Source: Acholeplasmataceae bacterium
GTDB lineage: Bacteria; Bacillota_I; Bacilli_A; Acholeplasmatales; Acholeplasmataceae
Direction: 5' to 3'
DNA: 44,166 bases
Assembly (NCBI GenBank): GCA_003518475.1
Contig: DOYO01000023.1
Location: 11,071-55,236 of the forward strand
Shown: one piece after another, positions 37,609 to 44,166 of the stretch
How positions within the stretch are numbered: the first letter of the stretch is position 1
How the letters are laid out: every line of letters starts with the position of its first letter
Translations under genes and position numbers: made by a program
The notes under the pieces: generated by a model
The model's input: only the letters and a program-made list of their open reading frames with translations
Databases searched by the model: none
Told to the model about the DNA's origin: nothing

Positions 37609-40184
37609 CAAACTTAAAGACAAAATACGATTTTAAAGAGGTTGAAGAAAATCGTTATGAAATATGGTTGAAGAAAGAATATTTCAAGAGTGGAGATCCA
37701 GAAAAGAAGCCGTTCACGATTGTAATCCCGCCACCTAACGTTACCGGCAAGCTGCACTTGGGTCATGCCTGGGACAACACGATTCAAGATATCATCATCA
37801 GAAGAAAAAGGATGATGGGATTTGACGCGCTTTATCTGCCTGGCATGGATCATGCCGGCATCGCTACGCAAGCCAAGGTTGATGAACGCCTTAAAAAACA
37901 AGGTATTTCCAGATATGATTTGGGCAGAGAAGAATTTCTAAAGGTTGCCTGGTCCTGGAAGGATGAATATGCATCCCATATTAAAAAGCAGTGGGCTGCT
38001 TTAGGGAATTCGTTAGACTATTCAAAGGAACGATTCACATTGGATGAAACGCTCAATCAGGCTGTCACGCATGTCTTTATCACTATGTATGAAAAGGGCT
38101 TGATTTATCGTGGAAACAGAATCATCAACTGGGATGTCGAAGCGAAAACCGCATTATCTAATATCGAGGTTGAACACGTTGAACAACAGGGTAAACTATA
38201 TTATTTCAGATATCCGTTTGTTGATCAAAAGGGGTATTTGATCATCGCGACAACACGCCCTGAAACAATGTTTGCCGATCAGGCGCTAATGGTTCATCCA
38301 TCGGATACCCGTTATCTATCTGTTATCGGTAAGAAAGTATATATTCCAGGTACGAAAGTCGCCATTCCAGTCATCACCGATGAGTATGTCGATATGACCT
38401 TTGGCACGGGATGTGTCAAGGTAACTCCAGCGCATGACCAAAATGACTTTGAAGTTGGAAAACGCCATCATTTAGAGATGCCATTATGCATGAAAGATGA
38501 TGGAACAATGAACGAACTCGCCTTCCAATATGACGGCATGGAGAGATTTAGCTGCCGTGAAGCCTTGGTTAAGGATTTGAAAAAGCTTGATTTGGTTGAA
38601 AAAATAGAAGATTATACTAATAATTTAGGATTCTCAGAGAGAACAGGCGTTGTTGTTGAACCGAGATTGTCCCTTCAGTGGTTCATCAAGATGGATGAAA
38701 TCGCGAAAGACACCTTAGAAAGAAGCAAGGCAGAATTCGTACCTGCCAGATTCAAAAAAATATTCACCAACTGGATGACAGACATCCAGGATTGGTGCAT
38801 TTCCCGCCAGTTGTGGTGGGGTCATAGAATCCCTGCGTGGTATAAAGAAGATCAAGTGAAGGTTCAAATCACTTCACCAGGTGAAGGCTGGATTCAGGAT
38901 GAAGATGTCCTAGATACCTGGTTTTCATCCGCATTATGGCCTTTTTCAACCTTGGGATGGCCAACCGTGACAGAAGACTTTAAAAAGTACTATCCAACGA
39001 GTGTCTTAGTCACCGGTTACGATATCATTTTCTTCTGGGTTGCCAGAATGATTTTCCAAGGTCTGGAATTCACGGATCAGGATCCATTTGAAACCGTATT
39101 GATCCATGGGCTGATCCGCGATAAAGAAGGCAAGAAGATGAGCAAATCCTTAGGTAACGGGGTTGATCCGATGGATGTGATTGCCAAATACGGCGTTGAC
39201 GCCCTTAGATACTTTTTAGCAACCAATTCCGCGCCAGGCGCAGACCTTCGCTATGAAGAAGAAAAGGTTGAATCCTCATGGAATTTCATCAACAAGCTTT
39301 GGAACATCACACGCTTCATCACGCTGAATATCGATGATAAGAATGTTGAAATCAATCAAGAAACCTTGAATCTTCAAGACAAGTGGATTTTATCCAGATT
39401 ATCTCAAGTCATTACCGAATCAGACTATAATTATGAGAAGTTTGAATTTGGCGAAGCGTCACGTACGCTCTATAACTTCATTTGGGATGAATTCGCTTCC
39501 TGGTACGTCGAATTTGCGAAATTAGCCCTCCAAAATGAAAAGACGAGAATGAATACACAAGCAGTTCTATTGCACGTCTTAAAGGCAGTCCTCAAGATGA
39601 TGCACCCGTTCATTCCATTCGTCACCGAGAAATTATTCTTAGAAATCAGCGATGAAGAATCGATCATGATTTCAAAGTGGCCGGTTGCTGGATTCGTTGA
39701 TCAAGAAGCTATTGATCAGTTCAAGGAATTGATGGATTCCATCGTCAAGGTCAGAAATTTAAGGGCTGAGCAGAATGTTGTACCGTCCAAGCCCTTGGAT
39801 ATCCATTTAGTTATTGATGATGAAGCTTATTTCCAGGTTTTATCGAACCAAATTCAGTATTTTAAGAAGTTTTTGAACGCTGAAGAGTTGCACATGGAAA
39901 AATCTTTATCAACAACTGATGAATCTATCTTGCTTGTCGGAAATAAGATCTTGACCTACGTCATGAAATCAGGCTTGATCGATCCTGAAAAGGAAAAGGA
40001 AGCCTTGGAAAAACAACAAGTAACATTAGAATCTGAAATCAAGAGAAGCGAATCCTTGGTGAATAACCCATCCTTCACCTCCAAGGCACCTGAGGCGAAG
40101 CTCAATGCTGAAAAAGAAAAGTATGCCAATTATTTAAAACAATATGAAATCGTGGTTGAAAAATTAAAGACCTATGCTAAATAA
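37605..40184 (+). CDS. valS: Valine--tRNA ligase
   Basis: PPPNVTGKLHLGH, DHAGIATQ, DWCISRQLWWGH, KMSKS, C-terminal coiled coil. Confidence 0.98.
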   Translation: MTNLKTKYDFKEVEENRYEIWLKKEYFKSGDPEKKPFTIVIPPPNVTGKLHLGHAWDNTIQDIIIRRKRMMGFDALYLPGMDHAGIATQAKVDERLKKQGISRYDLGREEFLKVAWSWKDEYASHIKKQWAALGNSLDYSKERFTLDETLNQAVTHVFITMYEKGLIYRGNRIINWDVEAKTALSNIEVEHVEQQGKLYYFRYPFVDQKGYLIIATTRPETMFADQALMVHPSDTRYLSVIGKKVYIPGTKVAIPVITDEYVDMTFGTGCVKVTPAHDQNDFEVGKRHHLEMPLCMKDDGTMNELAFQYDGMERFSCREALVKDLKKLDLVEKIEDYTNNLGFSERTGVVVEPRLSLQWFIKMDEIAKDTLERSKAEFVPARFKKIFTNWMTDIQDWCISRQLWWGHRIPAWYKEDQVKVQITSPGEGWIQDEDVLDTWFSSALWPFSTLGWPTVTEDFKKYYPTSVLVTGYDIIFFWVARMIFQGLEFTDQDPFETVLIHGLIRDKEGKKMSKSLGNGVDPMDVIAKYGVDALRYFLATNSAPGADLRYEEEKVESSWNFINKLWNITRFITLNIDDKNVEINQETLNLQDKWILSRLSQVITESDYNYEKFEFGEASRTLYNFIWDEFASWYVEFAKLALQNEKTRMNTQAVLLHVLKAVLKMMHPFIPFVTEKLFLEISDEESIMISKWPVAGFVDQEAIDQFKELMDSIVKVRNLRAEQNVVPSKPLDIHLVIDDEAYFQVLSNQIQYFKKFLNAEELHMEKSLSTTDESILLVGNKILTYVMKSGLIDPEKEKEALEKQQVTLESEIKRSESLVNNPSFTSKAPEAKLNAEKEKYANYLKQYEIVVEKLKTYAK

Positions 40185-41409
40185 CGTCAATGAAGCAGTT
40201 CAATGGATTGAAAAACAAGTAAAATTTAAACCTAAAACTGATCTGGAACGCATGAGAAATGCGTATAAGATGCTTGGGATCAAGCTAGATCACATCAAAA
40301 AAATCCACGTTGCAGGAACGAATGGGAAGGGAAGCGTTTGTTCTTACCTGACGCATATCTTCATGGAACAGGGACTGAAGGTGGGGACATATACCTCGCC
40401 TTATTTGGTGCGTTTCAATGAACGGATCAGATATCAGTTTATAGAAATCCCAGATGATGAATTGTTTGAATTGATTCAGATGATTTATGATTTCAATATC
40501 AGCTATGAAAAAACGTTTGGGGAGTTTTTATCATTCTTTGAATTGCTCACCCTCATGAGCTTGCTATACTTCTCCAATAAAAAAGTGGATGTCATGATTA
40601 TGGAAGTCGGATTGGGCGGATTGTTGGATGCTACCAATGTGATCGATTATAATCTCTCCTTGATTTGTTCGATCGGTTTCGATCACATGAAGCAGCTTGG
40701 AAATACGCTGGAATCCATCTCATTCAATAAATTAGGCATTTTAAAGCCTGACAATCACTTGATTACGACAGTGGATCCATCTTTACATGCTTATTTCAAG
40801 GATTATGTAGCTTTAGTTCCCGCTACTGCGGAATATTATACATTCGCTGATGTTGAAAAAAGAAGTGACCTGCCATTGTCATTTTCTCATCAAGATGTCA
40901 CCTATGAACTCCCGCTCATTGGAGACTATCAAATCTTGAATGCTTTACTCTCGATCAAGGCTGTTCATTACTTATACCCTGAGATTTCAACAAAAACAAT
41001 CCAAGAAGGACTTAAAAAGACCGTTTGGCTTGGTCGTTTGGAAGAAGTTGAACCTCATATCTATATCGACGGCGCACATAACACCCATGCCATCGATGCT
41101 CTTAACGTGACTGTTGAAAATGCATTTAAAGGTAAATCAGTCTGGATTCTCTTTTCCGCCTTAGGCGATAAGGATATACCGGGCATGATCAAAAAAATTC
41201 ACGCATTCACTTCAAAAATTGTTGTTACAACGTTTCCAGATTCCAGATTTCAAGACTTATCACCGTTCTTATCCCCTACAGAAACCTACATTCCAAACGC
41301 CTTTGAGGCATTAAAGAAAATGAAGGGTGAAAGGGATAAGAATACGATTATTATCATTACAGGATCCTTGCATTTTATCGGGTATATCAAGCAGAATTAT
41401 CCTAAATAA
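40174..41409 (+). CDS. folC: Folylpolyglutamate synthase / dihydrofolate synthase
   Basis: HVAGTNGKGS, TSP...FNERI, EVGLGGLLDATN, DGAHN, TGSL; conserved valS-folC synteny. Confidence 0.93.
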   Translation: MLNNVNEAVQWIEKQVKFKPKTDLERMRNAYKMLGIKLDHIKKIHVAGTNGKGSVCSYLTHIFMEQGLKVGTYTSPYLVRFNERIRYQFIEIPDDELFELIQMIYDFNISYEKTFGEFLSFFELLTLMSLLYFSNKKVDVMIMEVGLGGLLDATNVIDYNLSLICSIGFDHMKQLGNTLESISFNKLGILKPDNHLITTVDPSLHAYFKDYVALVPATAEYYTFADVEKRSDLPLSFSHQDVTYELPLIGDYQILNALLSIKAVHYLYPEISTKTIQEGLKKTVWLGRLEEVEPHIYIDGAHNTHAIDALNVTVENAFKGKSVWILFSALGDKDIPGMIKKIHAFTSKIVVTTFPDSRFQDLSPFLSPTETYIPNAFEALKKMKGERDKNTIIIITGSLHFIGYIKQNYPK

Positions 41410-41414
41410 GATAT

Positions 41415-41447
41415 AAAAACAGTCAATCGAAAGATTGCTGTTTTTTT
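41415..41447 (+). terminator. Intrinsic terminator after folC
   Basis: AAAAACAG-t-CAATC-GAAA-GATTG-CTGTTTTTTT. Confidence 0.8.
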
Positions 41448-41670
41448 ATAAGAAATTCATATAGAAAGTTATTTTGGTTTCACCCTTCATAAAATGAAAG
41501 AAAACCGACGAAAAACCACTAAAACCGCTTATTGAAATAACGGCTTAATGAAGCCATTTTTTCGGGGGTAAAATTTTCTAAAATGATTTTTAAGTTTTTC
41601 TATTGCATTTTCTTAAAAAAGGTATATAATTTTTTATTGTAAATTATAGAAATTATGGAGGATCCCGTAG

Positions 41671-42771
41671 GTGGAGAAAAAAGTGATTATTGAGTTGTCT
41701 CACATCACAAAACAATTTGACGAGGATATTGTTGTCAACGACTTAAATTTAAAGATTTATGAGAATGAGTTTATAACTCTTTTAGGACCTTCTGGGTGCG
41801 GTAAGACCACGACACTTAGAATGATTGGCGGGTTTGAAAAGCCCAATACAGGTGAAATCATCATCAATGGAAAAGTATTCAATGATCTTCCACCATATGC
41901 AAGACCAATCAACACCGTCTTTCAGAGATATGCCTTATTCCCACACTTGAATGTCTTTGAGAATGTCGCTTTCGGTTTAAAAAACAGAGGTGATGATTAT
42001 CTGGTGAAGTTCTTCCAATTAGAAGCCATCACGGATAAGAAAGTATTGAAGGAAACCATAAAAGGTAAAATTCGTGAAGCAGTCATTGAAGCTCTGAAAT
42101 TAGTTAAGCTTACAGGATTTGAAGTTAGAAAAATCACACAAATCAGCGGTGGCCAGGCACAACGCGTCGCTTTAGCGCGTGCCATCATCAACCGTCCCCA
42201 GATTCTATTACTCGATGAACCGCTTGCAGCTCTTGACTTGAAATTACGTCAGAACATGCAATATGAACTTAAAGAAATGCAAAGAAAATTAGGCATTACT
42301 TTTATCTTTGTCACCCATGACCAAGAAGAAGCGATGACCATGTCAGACAGAATCGTTGTCATGAAGGATGGATTGGTTCAGCAGATGGGTACTCCTAAGT
42401 ACATCTACAACGAACCTGTTAATCGTTATGTAGCAAACTTTATCGGTGAATCCAACATTCTTCCTGGCGTCTATCTAAAGAAGAACCTCGTGAATTTCAT
42501 GGGTGTTGATTTTGATACAACAGATTATACATTTTCCGATGGCGAAGCAGTAGACGTTGTTATCCGTCCAGAAGATTTCGACGTTGTTGAACTTGATAAG
42601 GCAAAATTGACAGGTACTGTGACTTCAAGCATCTTCAAAGGTGTTCATAATGAATTGACGATTGATATCAAGGGTGTTGAGCTATCTGTCAATACTTATG
42701 AAAACTATCAAGTAGGAGAACCTATCGGACTCAAGGTGGATCCTTACGAAATTCATTTGATGAAGGTATAA
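41671..42771 (+). CDS. potA: Spermidine/putrescine ABC transporter ATP-binding protein
   Basis: GPSGCGKTT, VFQRYALFPHL, ISGGQ, LLLDEP, VTHDQEEA; GTG start with RBS GGAGG. Confidence 0.9.
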   Translation: MEKKVIIELSHITKQFDEDIVVNDLNLKIYENEFITLLGPSGCGKTTTLRMIGGFEKPNTGEIIINGKVFNDLPPYARPINTVFQRYALFPHLNVFENVAFGLKNRGDDYLVKFFQLEAITDKKVLKETIKGKIREAVIEALKLVKLTGFEVRKITQISGGQAQRVALARAIINRPQILLLDEPLAALDLKLRQNMQYELKEMQRKLGITFIFVTHDQEEAMTMSDRIVVMKDGLVQQMGTPKYIYNEPVNRYVANFIGESNILPGVYLKKNLVNFMGVDFDTTDYTFSDGEAVDVVIRPEDFDVVELDKAKLTGTVTSSIFKGVHNELTIDIKGVELSVNTYENYQVGEPIGLKVDPYEIHLMKV

Positions 42772-42775
42772 AGAG

Positions 42776-43609
42776 ATGAATAAAGAGTTTAAGATTTTAG
42801 CTAAACCCTATATCGTCTGGTTGTTCTTACTGGCAATACTGCCTATTTTTGTCATGATCATGCTTTCCTTCATGTTTTCTGAAGGATTGACATTTGAAGA
42901 ATCGTTCTTCACCTTCAATCAATTCACGTTGCTTGGAGAATCCTCAACATTGGAAGCATTTAAGAACTCTGTGGTTTTCGCTACGCTGACCACGGTCATA
43001 TCCTTTGTTTTAGGATACTTTGTTGCATATAACGTTTTTAAGTCCAAATTTAAAAATAAGTTCTTGATTTTAACATTGTTCATTCTTCCCATGTGGTCCA
43101 ATTTGCTTTTGAGAACTGAAGCTTTGGGAAACTTGATGGAAAACAATAACATTTTATCCGATCTTTTAGCAGGGATTGGAATTACATTATCGATTGGCAT
43201 CAAGGGAACTCCTTTGGCTGTCATCATCGGTTTGGTCTTCACTTATCTCCCATTCATGATTCTTCCTATATATACAGCTTTAGAAAAGATTGATTATTCA
43301 TTGGAAGAAGCAGCGCTTGATTTGGGATTGACCAATATGCAGAAGTTCTGGAAGGTTATCTTCCCATTATCCTTAAAGGGCGTTGCTACAGGCTCTATTC
43401 TTGTGTTCTTACCATCCATGAGCGGGTTCGCCATTCCTGAAATCTTGGGATCCGGCAATATTCTTTTGATTGGTAACGTCATTGAGCAATCCTTTAAGAT
43501 CATGGATTATAATCTGGGATCTCTACTCGCCATCGTTATCTTATTCTTCATTCTTGGAGCTCTTTATATCGTCTCCAAGGTTGACAAGGAAGGGGAAACT
43601 CTATTATGA
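42776..43609 (+). CDS. potB: Spermidine/putrescine ABC transporter permease
   Basis: LPMWSNLLLR, YLPFMILPIY, EAALDLG (EAA loop). Confidence 0.88.
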   Translation: MNKEFKILAKPYIVWLFLLAILPIFVMIMLSFMFSEGLTFEESFFTFNQFTLLGESSTLEAFKNSVVFATLTTVISFVLGYFVAYNVFKSKFKNKFLILTLFILPMWSNLLLRTEALGNLMENNNILSDLLAGIGITLSIGIKGTPLAVIIGLVFTYLPFMILPIYTALEKIDYSLEEAALDLGLTNMQKFWKVIFPLSLKGVATGSILVFLPSMSGFAIPEILGSGNILLIGNVIEQSFKIMDYNLGSLLAIVILFFILGALYIVSKVDKEGETLL

Positions 43610-44166
43610 CAAATTATCCAGTTGCCACCCTCCAGGAATATGGATACAAGGACTATACGGTTCTTAAGAAGATCTGGAAAGTTACATCCATCATTCTCGT
43701 TGTCTTGATTGTCATCATGCTTTATATTTCTGTCATCATGCTTGCGATTCAATCTGTGAATTCAAGCTCAAGCGTGACGTCATTTGGTCAGTTTACGTTC
43801 AAGTGGTATGGTGAAATGTTCTCCATTCGATCCTTGAATTCAGCGATCAGAAATACATTCATCACCTCGATTGTTGCTACACTTTTAGCCACGGTGCTCG
43901 GCACTTTAATCGCAGTCGGTCTATATTCTTTCGAAAAGAAGACTAGACAGAAATTGATGTTATTCAACAATATTCCATTATTGAATGCCGATATCGTCAC
44001 CGGGGTCTCACTGATGCTCGTGTTCAGCTTGTTGTTACCGATATTCCCTTACATCTTCGGACCTACAACATTGATTTTAGCGCATTTATTCTTCACCCTT
44101 CCTTACGTGATCTTAAGTGTTTTACCTAAATTGAAGGAAACAGATCCTAACTTGATGGATGCTGCC
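43606..44166 (+). CDS. potC: Spermidine/putrescine ABC transporter permease (partial, runs off the window)
   Basis: ATG overlaps the potB TGA; translates to FTFKWY...NIPLLNADIVTG...PYVILSVLPKL...MDAA; absent from the track because it has no stop in the window. Confidence 0.85.
   Translation, partial: MTNYPVATLQEYGYKDYTVLKKIWKVTSIILVVLIVIMLYISVIMLAIQSVNSSSSVTSFGQFTFKWYGEMFSIRSLNSAIRNTFITSIVATLLATVLGTLIAVGLYSFEKKTRQKLMLFNNIPLLNADIVTGVSLMLVFSLLLPIFPYIFGPTTLILAHLFFTLPYVILSVLPKLKETDPNLMDAA

Noticed and set aside
41571-41586. CodY-box-like AATTTTCTAAAATGA before potA
   Set aside because: Four mismatches to AATTTTCWGAAAATT in very AT-rich DNA; not significant.
6743-44000. Numerous 60-130 aa ORFs nested in or antisense to well-supported genes (e.g. 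10194-10547, 17541-17918, 28906-29301, 34516-34866, 42919-43242)
   Set aside because: They overlap conserved genes, show antisense-type composition and lack independent expression signals.
1-44166. CRISPR arrays, rRNA/tRNA genes, transposases, integrases, prophage or known defence genes
   Set aside because: I saw no regularly spaced repeats, cloverleaf or rRNA signatures, or matching protein motifs by eye. A covariance-model search could still reveal small RNAs.

Overview
AT-rich bacterial chromosomal window read with the standard code (TGA = stop, TGG = Trp). Gene content points to an Acholeplasmatales/Izemoplasmatales-like Bacillota lineage: tig-lon-engB without clpX, a CIRCE box before lon, and InlB-B-repeat lipoproteins. 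That placement is inference only. From left to right: (1) a giant (>1,938 aa) minus-strand modular lipoprotein that runs off the left edge and is absent from the ORF track; (2) a catalytically degenerate mannose-6-phosphate isomerase homologue, an orphan response regulator lacking its phospho-Asp, a flavodoxin and an FMN-binding protein; (3) capD/pglF; (4) a 91-aa orphan gene bracketed by an 18-bp inverted repeat; (5) glmS-glmM-glmU and glnA, pepF, and a stand-alone CpsC/CpsD/CpsB trio; (6) two YwaF/TMEM164-like membrane proteins, ilvE, a membrane EAL phosphodiesterase and an O-antigen-ligase-like gene; (7) a PII-like protein plus cation:proton antiporter operon and a YghO/bacterial-ceramide-synthase-like GNAT; (8) housekeeping genes tig, lon, engB and degV, a Val T-box controlling GNAT-valS-folC, and potABC (truncated). 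I found no rRNA, tRNA, CRISPR array, transposase or integrase. The best candidates for undescribed biology are the inverted-repeat-bracketed small gene, the pseudo-PMI/pseudo-receiver pair, the PII-like/antiporter module, the T-box-controlled RimL-like acetyltransferase, and a scattered set of glycan and acyl-transfer envelope genes. All family assignments come from motif recognition by eye, not from database searches.
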